DNA of 64,000 nt. It comes from Lama glama (taxonomy: Eukaryota). Below the pieces are notes generated by a model. The model was not told the origin of the DNA, ran no database searches, and was given only the letters and a program-made list of their open reading frames with translations. The DNA lies in contig CM052816.1 in assembly GCA_028534125.1 (NCBI GenBank), positions 94,304,001 through 94,368,000 on the forward strand. The letters run 5' to 3'. Below, piece by piece: positions 1 through 13,420 of this stretch. The translations under genes were made by a program, and so were the position numbers. Numbering within the stretch: the stretch's first letter is position 1; the number at the start of each line of letters is the position of its first letter.

Positions 1-904
1 AGGAAATTGGCCAGTGGAAACTCTTCCTGCCTCAGTTGTCTCTTATTTTCCTCCCGACTCAGGTCTCAACATGAATTGTGCAGAGTTGCTTCACTTTAAA
101 TTACTGAAGTGTTACCAACGACACAAGGAGGAACTACATGCTCAGTGGAGGTCATTTAGAGACACAAGTAAAGCCTGTAGAGGGTGCCAGAAAGTCTGTC
201 TTCGGTACGGCTTCTGAGAACTTGGTAAACTGAAAGTCTGGCTTCAGAAGATTTCACCATGTTTTTCTTTTTAAAAAAATTTGGGATTATTATCAATCTG
301 ATAGCTCTGAAGGAAATGAAACAGTAAAGAGAAAGGAGGGAGTCTAGGAGATAAGCCAGCATTCTGTAGGTTTGCTTCAGAGCAATTTAGGAAATGAGCT
401 GTTTCGATGTTTTGAATGAAAAAATGTCACCAGTCGTGAAGCCAACGGCACAACTGAATGACTGACCTGGCCCTATTACTTTATAATGCCACACCCACTC
501 TCCTTGTGAATTTGAGAATAAGAACTATTATTTGGCCACAAACTTGAGAGAGATTTGCCTGACACTGTCTAGTGAATTATTTCAGATTACCGTGGGCTTA
601 CCTCTGCTTGTATATTACACGCAACATTAATACTTTGATGCAAAGTGAAGAACATTTTTAATGTTAAAATATTTCCTCCCCCCAGATCCCCAAATATTAT
701 TTTTCTTCTTGGCAAGAGCACTTTGAAAGTGGTATCAAGTATTCAGTTTCTAACTACCAACATTTCCCTTTTAATATCGGCTGTGAATAATCTGTGGGAA
801 TTTGGGCATCACATTTGACGTCCCTGGGCCTCCAATTCCTTCTCTCAAAAAACGGTGCAGCTGGCCTCTAACATCACGTGGTATTGCAGTCTTTATTTTA
901 TCAG

Positions 905-1035
905 TATAGGTGTAGCACTTTTGATGTACCAGGTATTATTCTGACATAATTAACTCCCTGAAACAACCTATGAAGTAGGTACTGATTTTGTCCATTTTAC
1001 AGGTGAGGAAACTGAGGTACAGAGAGGTTAAGCAG
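905..1035 (-). mobile_element. MIR SINE fragment
   Basis: Contains the reverse-strand MIR core: cattttacaggtgaggaaactgaggtacagagaggttaag. Confidence 0.85.
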
Positions 1036-1094
1036 TGTGTCTGCCTCTGTGTGATGTCTGTTACAGACCAAGCTATATACACACGGGAGGTGGT

Positions 1095-1433
1095 GGCTCA
1101 GAGTTCAGGCTGCTGTAACAAATTACCGTAAACAGGTAATTTATTCCTCACAGTTCTGGAGTTTGGCAAGTTTAAGATCAAGGTGCTATCAGATCCTGTG
1201 TCTGATGAGAGCTAGTTTCCTGATTCACAGACGGCCACCTTTTCGCTGTGTTCTCACATGGCCAAAGCGGTGAGGGGGCTCTCTGGGGTGTCTTTTATAA
1301 GCCCCGTTCATGACATCTCCACCCTCAGTTGCCCTAATTATCTCCTAAAGGTCCCACCTCCAAATACCATCACATTAGAAGTCAGGATTTCAACATGTGC
1401 ATTTTGGGGGGACACAAACTTTCCGTCCATTGT
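1095..1433 (-). mobile_element. MaLR solo LTR, MLT1A-like
   Basis: ggctgctgtaacaaattacc...cacagttctggag...aagatcaaggtgc...ttggggggacacaaac, typical of reverse MLT1A. Confidence 0.85.
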
Positions 1434-1942
1434 AGGTGGCTTAAATGGAAACCTGATTCCTGCGTCTAGACCAAAGGTTGGTTTTCCACAAGTCGATGGC
1501 TTGATATGGCAGTCGTAAATGTGACCTCTGTCCCTGATTTGGAATTTGTGCGAGTTCCCCCCCTGGCCCCAGCTTCCATTTTCCTGCCTGGTCTTTCCCC
1601 AGCATGTCCTGGGTCCGGCTCTCCACGACCAAATGGAGTCAGGGGAGGGGTAGGGGCGCACAGGCAGGGAAGCGTCCCCTGCTCCTCAGAGAGGCAGGGA
1701 TGACCGGGTTTTTTGGTCTGTCCTGCCAAAGCCAGCCTAGCACTTGAGGTGGTTTCAGCACCTTGTTTTTTTACAAGGAATCGAGCTCAGGCAGCTTTCT
1801 TTGTCATGAATTTACGGAAGTCAGGGAACTTTACAAAAGCATGTTCGCGCTTAGCGGACCTGGGTCTGCAGGTACCTCTGCCTCCACATCGCCAGTGTCA
1901 CTGTCTTTCCACTTTAACGGCTGGACTGGTCACCGAGCGGGG

Positions 1943-2176
1943 CCAGCTTTCTCACGGAGCCGTGTGTCCCCACTAAGCCCCAGTGGCGTTCCGGGCTGGA
2001 TAGCTCTCGGGTGTGAAGAGCCGTCCTGTGCGCGGTGGGATGTTTAGCGATGTCCCTGGCCTCTGCGCACCAGATGCCAGTAGTACCCACCCCCCAGTGA
2101 TCACAGCCATGCCTCTCGAGATTGCCAAGTGTCTCCCGGGGGTCGGGCTGAGGGATCACCCGTGGATGAGAACCGC
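1943..2176 (-). mobile_element. MER20 hAT DNA transposon (GC/CpG-enriched copy)
   Basis: gatgtttagcgatgtccctggcctct...cagatgccagtag...attgccaagtgtc...gagaacc matches the reverse of MER20. Confidence 0.85.
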
Positions 2177-2574
2177 GATGTTGATCAAAGGAGGCTTTTA
2201 CTGGACCCAACCCACCAGCAGCTCCACACTTTCCTCTCTGACTTTCTCACCGGGGCTGTCATGATAGTTGTGGTGAACTCGACCATGACCTCTTTTCCAC
2301 TCACAGTCGTTCTGCCTGTGAGCACCTGCCAGGTGGTCTCAGGCCCCGGCAAGGTCTCCCCAGCGATCCCCAAGTCCCGGCATCCTGAGATACTTTATGC
2401 CGATTAACTGCTGTGTCAAAGGAATTTGACTATGTAGCCTATTTCCTAATTTGTTTCTCATTTTGTTTCTAATACCTCAGTATCTCTATTTCAGCACTAG
2501 AAAAAAGAATATGCTTGCAGCTGGCCCAGATTGCTTTGTCTCTTCACCCTGTGGTGCACCTCTTGAGCAAAAGC

Positions 2575-3410
2575 CTTTTAAAAAATACTTTTCTATTGTG
2601 GCCACACATATATAATATAAAAATCTACCTTTTAAACTATTTTAAAATCTGCAGTTAAAATGGCATTCTGTCCATTCGCAGTGTTGTAGGACTATGAGCG
2701 CTATCTGTTTTCAGAACTTTTTCTTCCTTCTGAAGAGAAGTCCTGTACCTGTGAAACAATCATCCGCATCCCCTGCCTCCCCAACCGGCCCTGCCACCAG
2801 CAGCCATCCTACTTCCTGTCTCTGTGAACTTGGCTATTCTAGGCACAGTCAGTCTGCAAGTGGAATCATACAGCGTCTGTCCTTTTGTGTCCGTAGCATG
2901 ATGTGTATAGCTGAATATTCCTTTACATGTATAGACTGTATTTTGTTTATTCATTCGTCTGTTGATGGACACTTGGGCTGTTGGCACCTTTTGGCTGTTG
3001 TGAATGATGTTGCTGTGACACGGGGGTAAATCTCTGTGAGGAAGTCCTTTCCTTCGGGTCCTTTGGGTCTGTACTGGGTGTGGAATTGCTGGATCATTTG
3101 GCAGTTCTGTTTCTTTTGGAGGAACTGCTCTGTGTTTTCCATGGTAGTCACACCATTTTACGTTCCCACCAGTATTTCATGAGGGGTAACATTTCTTGAC
3201 ATTCTCTCCAACACTTATTTTCCATTGAAAAAAATTGTAGCCATCCTAATGGATGTGAAGCTGTATCTCTCTGTGGCTTTAATTTGCATTTCCCTGATGA
3301 CTCATGAAGTTTGAGCATCTTTTCTTGTGCTTATTGGCCATTTGTATGTCTTCTTTGGATAAATGCCTATTCATGTCTTTTTCCCCATTTTTGTAGTTGT
3401 CGTTCTTGAA
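2575..3410 (-). mobile_element. Old L1 (L1MB-like) 3' end
   Basis: tcattcgtctgttgatggacacttgggctg, ggaattgctggatcat, gcatttccctgatgact; minus-strand ORFs resemble the L1 ORF2 C-terminus ([10 protein letters not shown]). Confidence 0.9.
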
Positions 3411-5727
3411 TTGGATGCTTTCAAAGAACAGATGGACTCCATGGGCTTCTTGACTCTGACTCTCCAGTTATTTAACATCAAAGGCCCTATTAGTTTGATC
3501 TTTTCAGTTTATATGGGTTTCCTCCCTCACTTGAACTGGTCCTCTGTCCTAATGTTAACGGTTCCTGTGTGTGACTGCCCTGAGGTGGGAATTCACACCA
3601 AAATCAGATCACACAGGAACACATGAAGGCTGTCCTGACGTGGAGTCCAGCCCCACATCTTAGTTGTGGTCAGTGTGCAGCCCTGCAGGGAGAGTGGCTG
3701 TGAGGGGGCCCAGGAGCACCTGCCACGCAGGCATCCCATCTCACCGTGGCTGCGCCTGCGCTTGGCCTCGAGCCTTTGTTTATTTGTTAGGGTTTATACC
3801 AGCATCCTCTCTCTGCCTGGAACCCAGTTTTCTGTGATGGTGCACAGAACAGCATGGGAGGTCTTGACATGAATCATAGGATACACTTTCCATTTTACGG
3901 TGAAAACTGACTAAAATGGAGGTTCATCCTAATCATTGCTCATAAATGTGAAGCTATCAGAGTTTGAAAATATAAAAACCCAGTGAAACTATCCAGGGAC
4001 CCTGTGGGCATGGAAAATCTATCTATAATGTCAGTGAGAAGGATGAGGATAAGAATGGGGGAGCGACTTGCCAGAGGTCACACGTGGTCATCCATGTCAC
4101 AGCCAGTCCCCACACTGGGACTCTGTGCCTGCTGTCCCTCCTTCTGCATGGCTGCTTTCTCTTGGATGATCAAAAGTGACACTGAGGCCCTGCCTATGAC
4201 ATGAAAAAAGAAGAAAGTTTATATCTCCAGCTCTGTGTAGATTCTACTTCTGTTTTTAATATATTCTTACAATTTGTGAATAGCAGAGTATTTTCCTTGG
4301 TTACAATGTAAGTTGGCATTTTAATAGGCATATTGATTGTTCTGGCTTAGGATCACGACTCTGCCACTGATTTGCTGAGTGATGCAGGGGTCCGAGTTTG
4401 ACCATTCGAGATCTGTACAGGCCTTATGGAGCATAGATATTATTGTTAAATGAGTGAGTAAATGAGGACTCTCCCCGTCTGTCACTGAGGGTAAAAGTGA
4501 TTGGTCTTTCAAGTTACTCTCAGCTCTAATACACAATAATTCTTAAAGTGATGACTCTTCATCTCTTGAACAGTAACCTCTAAGTTTCCTGCTGGTGCAA
4601 CAGAGCATCCCATTGCTGGAACAGAACTGCTATCTCTATGGAGGAGGAGAGAGAAAATCTTAAACAATCATTAAAGTTCCGATTGGCTGATTATAGTAAT
4701 CTGAGATGTTCCTCTTCGTCTGTAATGTCTTCTGTGATTCTGTATTTTCTCCTCCCAAATAAAAACAGAAACAGCAATTATTTCTTGCCTCAAATAATTA
4801 GTGGACGTTTCTTTCTGAAATCAGTACAGAGTCTGAGCGAAGGGGCAGTTTTCCTGGCTAGGATCAACATGACTAAAATTATCACTGCAGCCTCTCACAA
4901 GTGCCTGCTTCTCTGGCGTAACTTCATTTGCTGAAACTATCCCTGGCTTCACCGGATATTTGGCATCAGTTAACCAGCTGGACATTCTCGGCAAGGTCAT
5001 TATGCCTTGACAGTCTAGAAGGCGTTCAGATGCGAGCTTGAATCTCAATGACATGCAAGCTTGTGATATAAAGCAAGGCTGGGCAGGGAAAATAGAATGC
5101 CACATCAAGCGTCTGTCACAATGATAGAGGTGCTCGCGGATAGCCAGGAAAATGGTTACTGCTTATCTGCTGCTCCCGATAAGGTGTCAGGGAGGCAACA
5201 ACTTGGAGTGAGTTCATGATGACTGGAATCATGTATGGATCGGGACCGCACAGAAAAGCATGCAGTTATTGATCACTCTGAGGGATTGGAGAGAGGCCTG
5301 GTGGCATGTGCTCGCTCTCTCTCTCCCTGAGCATTTTGCATGAGCAGAAGTGTAGCTTGGTACCAGGCTAGCCCAGGAAAGATGATCCCTTTGTGGCCAA
5401 AGCATTTCCATCTGTCCACAGGGCAAGTGCAGTTGAATATCCATGGTAAACATTTATTGAGCACTTAGAGCATGCCAGGCACTGTACTGCACACCTTATG
5501 TACAAAATGTCCCTAAATTCTCCCCATGCGTCTCTGAGTCGGGCTTCTTTTTCTCGTTTCCTGTATCCCAGACGTCAGCTCGGGCCTCCTGGTTGTCACA
5601 GGTGATTAACTGTGGCCCATGCTGTTGAGATGTGGTCACCTTCCACCGAACATTCCCGCTGGTTGACTTGCTAAGGCTTCCCCGGAGCCGAGGGCTGCGT
5701 CCCCGCAGGCTCGGTGGCTTGGGGCTG

Positions 5728-6215
5728 ACTGTAGCAGCTTGCTGTCGATGCTGTAACAGGTTGCTGGAACTTGAGTGGCTTAAAGCAACACATCTCTTCT
5801 CTGGCAGTTCTTGGCTTAGAAGTGTGGTCTGGGTCTCACTGGGCTAAGCTAAGATCAAGGTGTCAGTAGGGCTGCGTTCCTCTTGGAGGCTCTAGGGGAG
5901 ACAGTTTCTTGCCTCTCTGGCTTCTGGGGGCCGCCTGCATTCTCTGGCTTGTAGCCTCTTCCTCCAGCTTCAAGTCCAGCAACGGGAGGGGGAGTCCTTC
6001 TCATGTGACATCCCCTCAGCCTCCTCTTCTGCCTCCTTTGTTCACTTTTTAGGACCCTTGTGAGTTCACTGGAATAGTCCAGGATACTCTCCCTGTTTAA
6101 AGGTCAGCTGATTAGCAACCACAGTCCTACCTGCAACCTTAACTGCATTTTGCATGTGGCAGAAAACATTCACCGGCGGCAGGGATCAGGGCGCAGACAT
6201 CTCCGAGCGCTGGCG
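5728..6215 (-). mobile_element. MaLR solo LTR, MLT1D-like
   Basis: gtggcttaaagcaacac...gggtctcactgggctaa...atcaaggtgtcagtagggctgcgttcc...gctgattagcaacc. Confidence 0.85.
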
Positions 6216-6596
6216 CCTTGCCTCCCGTGGTGCTTCCACCTGGAAGTAAACATCTGCCTCGACTCTTGTCCCTGTTAGTAGCTGTTTATCTCAATCATAG
6301 CAGGAGTTTATTCACTTTATCAGAGGCTGAAGAAGTGGATGAGTATAACCCCTCTGTCTCTCTTTCTCTCTGGAGTTATTGGTAAATTTCCCTCCTTTCT
6401 TAAACCAGAGAATTCTTCCCATCTCAGGCCCCTTAACTCGCCTCCCAGTCACAGATGGGCTACCAAAAAAAAAAAAAAAAAGGGACTTCAGAGCAATAGA
6501 ATATTCATCCTGAGAGAAGCCTTTGTGAACATGCTTCTCTTCACGTCATATTAGCCCATTTTACAGATTATCAACAACAACTGGGACAGGGCAGGT

Positions 6597-6703
6597 TAGT
6601 GATTCTCATCTGGGGATGATTTTGCCCACAGGGGACACTTGGCACTGACTGGAAATGTTTGTCACAACTAGGGCAGGTGGGGTGGAGCCACTGGCATCTA
6701 GTT
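6597..6703 (+). mobile_element. MER20 5' part, truncated by the assembly gap
   Basis: gtgattctcatctggggatgattttgcccacaggggacacttggca...ctggcatctagt. Confidence 0.85.
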
Positions 6704-7203
6704 NNNNNNNNNNNNNNNNNNNNNNNNNNNNNNNNNNNNNNNNNNNNNNNNNNNNNNNNNNNNNNNNNNNNNNNNNNNNNNNNNNNNNNNNNNNNNNNNN
6801 NNNNNNNNNNNNNNNNNNNNNNNNNNNNNNNNNNNNNNNNNNNNNNNNNNNNNNNNNNNNNNNNNNNNNNNNNNNNNNNNNNNNNNNNNNNNNNNNNNNN
6901 NNNNNNNNNNNNNNNNNNNNNNNNNNNNNNNNNNNNNNNNNNNNNNNNNNNNNNNNNNNNNNNNNNNNNNNNNNNNNNNNNNNNNNNNNNNNNNNNNNNN
7001 NNNNNNNNNNNNNNNNNNNNNNNNNNNNNNNNNNNNNNNNNNNNNNNNNNNNNNNNNNNNNNNNNNNNNNNNNNNNNNNNNNNNNNNNNNNNNNNNNNNN
7101 NNNNNNNNNNNNNNNNNNNNNNNNNNNNNNNNNNNNNNNNNNNNNNNNNNNNNNNNNNNNNNNNNNNNNNNNNNNNNNNNNNNNNNNNNNNNNNNNNNNN
7201 NNN
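6704..7203. other. Assembly gap (500 N)
   Basis: Run of N. Confidence 1.
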
Positions 7204-7619
7204 TCTCAGCCTGGGGCTTGATGCCTTCTCCTCAGATCCTTTTGGCATCTCCAGTTAATCCCTCATTTAAGGCTGCCTTCTGGGCATCATAGGATTTTTA
7301 TGCTCGAATGGGGAAACCCAAGTAATCATCACTCTTTAAGGAACTGTGTCTTAATCAGATTTATTTGGTTTGTGAGTGCAGCTGCACATTACAATTACAG
7401 TGCATTTTTATCACTTGGTTTATGAAAAATGACAGCACACGGCAAACGGCCCAGTGCAGAGGGAATAGTGGGTCTTCTTATCGTGTGATCTTGCACTTTT
7501 GAATTTATTGTGTTTTACATGCATCATTGTATTTGGTCTTAAACATTAAACAAAACAAAACAAAACAAAACTGTGAAACGTTATCCTGATTTGACAAAGA
7601 AGGAACTGAGTCTCTGGGA

Positions 7620-8110
7620 AGTTGAAGACATTCTTCAAGGGATCCAGGCTGGAGATGGTGATAACCAGCATGTACATGATATTTCAAGCCACTAGACTGG
7701 ATGAGATTCCCCCAGGAAGTGGGTGTAAATGGAGAAGAGGACGTAGGACCGGCGAGCCTGGGGGCAGGTGCTATTGGAAGGTCGGGGAGAGGAGGGAACA
7801 GCAGAAGGGTGACAGGGAGTGGCCAGTGAGGTGGGAGGAAAGCCAGTGGAGTCTGATGTCCCTGAACAAGATCAGTCAAGACCTTAGTTGTGATGAAACC
7901 TGAAGACACTGTTGGCAGATGAAAGAAAGCAGGCCTGAGCACTGACTGTGAGCTTAGCAAAGGGATGGTCACCGGGGCCCCTGGCCAAAGTGGTTTTGGT
8001 GGAATGATGGGAGCAAAGCTGAATGCGGTGTTTCCCATAGAACGGGAGACGGAGCGGAGGTGCGGGCGCAGGTGGATGCTCCTCAGAGCTTGTTTTCTCT
8101 GTTTCCAATT
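7620..8110 (-). mobile_element. L2 LINE fragment
   Basis: Purine-rich antisense L2 motifs: aagccactagactggatgagat, gagtggccagtgaggtgggaggaaagccag. Confidence 0.8.
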
Positions 8111-10019
8111 TGCAGATGCCTTGAATCGGGTTCCCAGATTGGAGTGTGATTTGATTATCTGGGGGAGATTCAAAAAGAACACAAAAGACATTGAAAGATA
8201 GATATAGAGAAACAGACAAGAAACAGAGAAAGAAAAGAAGAAAGTAACAGAAAGAGTGACTCTCAGAAAGACCACGGGAGCAGGGTGGGATTTTCAGCTG
8301 TGAAAGTGCACAAGGGCAGACACATTATCAAATCAGTTTCCTCTTGTTCATCTCCAGCCCCCTGTTTCTTCCTGATGAATAGCAGTTGGGGCTTCTGTGA
8401 ACAGGTAATTCAGATACAGGTTTGTAGCCTTCCATTACTTTTGTCACCTGCTTCAGCTTCCGATGTATACCATAAGCCATTTCCAAAGGGTCAGTGGAAT
8501 TCCAAGATCTAGGAAAGACTGTTGGCAAACCCCATTTAAATAAAAGTTTTGAGGTTTAAAAATTTAAGTGTCGTATCTTCTCACTAGATATGTATGTTTA
8601 ACTTGGAACTATCTGGGTCACCTTGGTGGTGCGTGGAGCATCTAATGTTAGTTTCTCTGACTCGTGAAATTGCCATGGTCTCTGTTCAGAAAAGGGGGCC
8701 ATCAGCGGTTTCCTTGGTGTGATGCGCTACACACGGAGGTGCCCCGCGTTTACTCAAGCGGGTTTCCTAACAGTATCTCCCTCAGTTTTCTATCGATTCT
8801 TGTTATTATCTGTTTAGCCATTAGACCATCGCTACTGTCGAGGGAAGAAAATAATTGTTTAGAGTTGTACGGATCAACTTTTATCTGTCACTATTGAACA
8901 GGGACACCAATATTATTTTTTTTCTAATTTGAAGAAATGTCCTTTTCTCTTTAACTGCTTTTAGGCTTTTAAATACCACCTTTGATTATAACGAATGGCT
9001 TTGCAGGAAGCATTTTGAGGTCAGTTGCTGGGCAACGTTCTTGGGGCTGGGCACAGGACCGTTGCCCACGGTGGGCACTGAAAAATGTGAAGTGAATAAC
9101 TGAAAGCTAATGAAGGAGAAAGGCAGAGGAAAGGAAGAACAGGCAATGAATAACACTGGACACAGTGAGGGAGGGAGCAAGGCAAAGATCTGTAAGCTAA
9201 TTCTCAATGTGGGGAGGGGGAAAAGATGGAGATGGAGAGGGAAAAGTTTGTGGCTGACTTGAGGTAGAAGGAGAAAATGTACCATGACTGACTAGAAAAT
9301 CATACTCAGAAGCTTTTACTTACCCTTTTCTGGAAAGCAAACCCTGCATTCAACTGCCCTCCGACCTAACCAATGCATCTACCACTGACTAAAAGTATAA
9401 ATAGCTTGTTCTGGCTAGGTTTTTGGATATTGAGACTTCGACTTTTTCTTTTTTTTTTTTTTTTTTGAGATTACTTTTACCATCAGCACCGTCTGAAACA
9501 TATTGTGTTTACCAAGATCACAAATGGAATTGTTCATTGCCAAAATGGAGAGCTGGCAGCAACAGAGAGGCCAAGCAAACTCCCAGAAATATACACGCTC
9601 TGGCAGGTTGATTCAGAACTGCAGGAGGAATTCAGTCATGTGAGGATGTCCTGGTTAGACTCTGTTGAATGACTTTAACAGTAGGATCACCCAACAGGCT
9701 CTGTGTTGATGAACAAGGCAGCAGAGAGCCAGCTGCTCCTGTTGACTGTGGACGGTTGGGACCAGCTACCATCAGGCTCCAGAGCAGACTCAGGAAATTC
9801 CCTTGAGGAAGAACTAGAGCTGAGAAAACAGAGGGCCAGATCTTTCAAATATGCAGAGTAAAGACTCTTCTTCTCCAGAAAGGTAGAGTTTAGGCCAAGA
9901 TCTTTTTGATGACATTTAAGTGTCATTCTAATAAAAGGAATCAACTCCATGATGAGCCATGTGTACAGATAATCTGTTACAGTTTATCCTTGAAGATTTC
10001 ATTTTCATTGGGAACTATG

Positions 10020-10345
10020 TCAGTGAGGATTCTGTTTATACACATCTATCTATAGAAACATACATATTTACACATCTCTAGAGAGCTCTGTCTGTCTGTC
10101 TGTCTATCTCTAGAGATACATGTCTATCTGTCTCTCTGGAGAGATTTCATGTAAGGCATTGGCTCATGTGAGCAAGTTGGCAGCTTGAAAATTTAGGTGA
10201 GAATTGATGTCGCTGTCTTAGACCACTTGGTCTGCTCTGACAGATCACCACCGACTGGGTAAACAAATTGATTTCTCTCAGTTTTGGAGGCTGGAAGTCC
10301 AAGCTGAGAGTGCCAGCCAGGTCAGGCTGGACCCTCTTCCCCATC
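10020..10345 (-). mobile_element. LTR fragments (MLT2-like with a simple repeat, followed by an MLT1A/MST-like end)
   Basis: gagatttcatgtaaggcattggctcatgtga; tgtcttagacc...ctcagttttggaggctggaagtccaag. Confidence 0.65.
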
Positions 10346-11544
10346 TGTCTTCAGACTGTTTACTTCACATAAACAAGGAAGCTTGAGGTATTTATTTACT
10401 TTATAAATAAGCAGTATCTTTCAACTGTATTTAAGGAAATCTATCTCAGATAGTACAAAGGATTATACCTTTCAAAGAGAAACTTTCATTCTTCTGAAAT
10501 ACGAGGCAAATGTATGTGAGTGAAATACTGTAATCTTAGATTTGTACCCATGTGCTGTTCTTTATCAGTGCTCAGTAGCAGAACAGATTTGAACAAAAGA
10601 ACTACCATTATTTTTAGAAAAAAATTATGTTTTTACATTAATAATGTTGGCCTCCTTTCTCATTCCCCAGCCCCGTTTCTTCTGTCAATTTAATTACTTA
10701 AAATGTACAGCAGGATAACACCAGTATTCATAAAGGACGTAGAGTTGGATATTTGGTAGAAATAATGCAGGTGAAACTGTGCTTTCTGCATGAATGAGAA
10801 GCTGATTGTCAGTAGCTGTCTTACTGCCAATCTACTACCTTAGAATTTCATATCTAGGAAATATGTTTGTCTTTACAAAACAAAATATGTTCATCATTTT
10901 TAATTTGACATAAAATTGAAGCCTACATTTTCCACTTTATGTTTCTCATTTCCTTGGAGTTTTCGGCAAAGTGAAGTGAAACCTCCTCCATGTTAATGAT
11001 CTCTTATTTTTGAATGTAGAATATGAGTGAAAATTCTTCGCTAATCTTTGTACCTGTATCCTCCCCCTGAGCAGCTCGGTGTATTTTATAGCTTATATCT
11101 TATCACCAGACTTCTGGAGAGAGAGAGAGATGTGACAGTCTAGTTTGGCTGTTCCAACCCCGCAGGGTCTTGGTTTTCTGCCTCGGCCATCCTGGGTTGC
11201 TGGCCATGGATGGAAAGTGGTCCTGGGGTCATAGTTTATTTTCTTCTCTATTTCCTGATGCACCAGTCTGGACATATTATTGCCTCTTCCTTGAAGGACT
11301 TTACTAAAGGCTACAAGAAGCATCTGGCAACCCCCCGCCCCACTGCCCTACCTGACCAAGTCATCTGAACCGCCAGCCCGAGGTCTGAAGCACGCAGACA
11401 GGAGTTTGATAGCTGTCTTGCTACAAAGAGTGAATGAGTACCTTCCTTTCTGGTCAAACACAAAGCATCCTCAATGCATACACTGTCCCCACAGATCACC
11501 CAGGTCTGTTTCTAGGCATCCCTGACGACTGGGAGCAGGTTTCT

Positions 11545-11960
11545 GATTAGTTGGGACTCCCTTTGCAAATCACAGCAAGCCGACTTAAATTGGCTTAATG
11601 GGGGAGTTGATGGGGTTTATTGACTCTTACAAGTAAAAATGCTACGGTTTTGACTCATCCAGGCACTCTGCTGCTCATGACACGTCTCTCTCTGTCCACC
11701 ACTTAATTCTGCTCTCTCCTTTATTGTCTCCAGCAGGCTCTTTACACGTAGTGTCAATATGCCAGTGGGGGATCCCAACTTCACGCTCTGGGAGTTGAGC
11801 ACTCTAAGGAGAGTGTGCGCTTCTTCCTAGTGGTTGCTGAAGACTCTGTAAGAATCGAGCTGCTTGGTTCAGCTCAGGTCTCCTGGGAGCAATCCTGGCC
11901 ATGAGGCTGAAATATTCTGACCAAGCAGACTTGGTTCAGGATTCAGTCACACGACATGCC
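11545..11960 (-). mobile_element. Old MaLR LTR (MLT1K/L-like)
   Basis: ttagttgggactc...acttaaattggcttaa...tttattgactc. Confidence 0.5.
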
Positions 11961-12099
11961 CACTGCATGTACCAGAGGTCCCTCACAGCGCCCGGAACCT
12001 TTACAGTAGAGACACAGATGTGGAAGCTGTTCGCAGTAGCAGCTTTGGGTGTAGAAGAGATGGCTGAGCAGAGAGCATGGAGCACGCAGGCAATAGGAC

Positions 12100-12480
12100 T
12101 GAGGTGGTTCAGTGCTCAAGGATCAGGTGGGGAAGGATAAGCTCACAAAGAATAAGACAAGAAGACCAGAGAGGAAGGGGAGGGAAACCAGTAGGATGGG
12201 GTGGGGCGTGCTCTTGAAGCTGAGGGTTTCAAAAGGAGCATTTTAGGGGCATCTATTGCTGCCGGTGGGACATGGAGCGGGTTAACGTGTGCACAGTGGA
12301 TTTACTGGCATGGTGCTGACCCGTGTCACCAGCAGAAGTCATGCTGGTGGAATAAGGGGGGGGGACCCAGGTAGAAGGGGGCCAAGCAGGAATTCACGCC
12401 CTCTGTCCGTATCAGGGTTTGTAATCACTGCTGCAGTTGCATTCATTCTAGGAAGGAACAAGGATGAGCTTAGCAAGTCC
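12100..12480 (-). mobile_element. Degenerate L2 fragment
   Basis: aagaagaccagagagg...gaaaccagtaggatgggg...gtggatttactggcatgg...tgacc. Confidence 0.5.
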
Positions 12481-13204
12481 ACAGAGAGTTTATGTCGGGT
12501 GAAGGCTGTCCTGTTTGTAGGAGGTCAGTTTGGCCATCGGTAAACAAAGTGGGAGGGAGATGGAGTCATCCTGTGACACATAAAACTCAGAGTCACACCC
12601 CACCAGTTACTTCCAAGTTCTTTTTTTTTCTAAACAAGATCATCACACAGTCTATACTGATGCTGTTAATTTGAATTTTATTTATTTTATAATTTATATT
12701 TATTTTATCACTTTAAAATGTCCATGTGTAATTGCTGTCAATTTAAGAACCTCGTTGCATATTGATTGGTATGTCTGTTCTTAGGTGACTTTTCAAAAAT
12801 GTACTAGGAAACTGGATGCTCTTTTTTTTTTTTTTCTTGAAAGACATACCATTTCAGACCAGGTTAGGTTTTTTTCTCTCCTGCAGAACCTAACAGTGTT
12901 TGAACATAAGGAAGCAATTTGGTAAATAGTTTACTGTTCAAGTAGAAGGAACAGAAGGCAAAATTTTGCCTTGCACAGGGTGAAATCTGTGGAAGTTCTG
13001 TGTAGAAGCCAAGGAAAAGTTTTCATCACTATAATAATCTTGATTCTCATTGATATCTTAAAATACAGTAAACATAAGCACTGACTCACTTTTTTTTTGC
13101 CATGTTTTTGTTTTTGTTTACTTTTCATTCAGCAGGGTGGCCTGGAGTAAGTCAGAAATAATTACAGCAGTTTTTTTTTTTTATTGTTGTTGGCCTTAAC
13201 TCAT

Positions 13205-13420
13205 TTTTTTTAAAAAAATATTTTTTATTGAAGTGTAGATGATTTTCAGTGTTAGTTTCAGGTGCATAGCAAAGTGATTCAGTCAGACAAATATGTACTT
13301 TGGTTTTTAGATTCTTTTCCATTATATGTTATTACAAGAAATTGAATATAGTTCCCTGTGCTATACAGTAGGTCCTTGTTGTTTATCTGTTTTGTATATA
13401 GTAATGTGTATCTGTTAGCA
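13205..13420 (-). mobile_element. Artiodactyl/camelid L1 3' end
   Basis: tttttattgaagtgtag...ttccctgtgctatacagtaggtccttgttg. Confidence 0.9.

Noticed and set aside
6571..7258. Long ORFs of 188-225 aa
   Set aside because: Artefacts of translating through the 500-N gap.
7505..8275. 256-aa minus-strand ORF
   Set aside because: Lies mostly in a degenerate L2 and low-complexity sequence; no recognisable domain.
12887..12921. 35-nt exon-like segment (ctgcag|...TTG|gtaaat)
   Set aside because: Open in only one frame, splicing to the 16290 candidate creates TGA, and the peptide is unrecognised.
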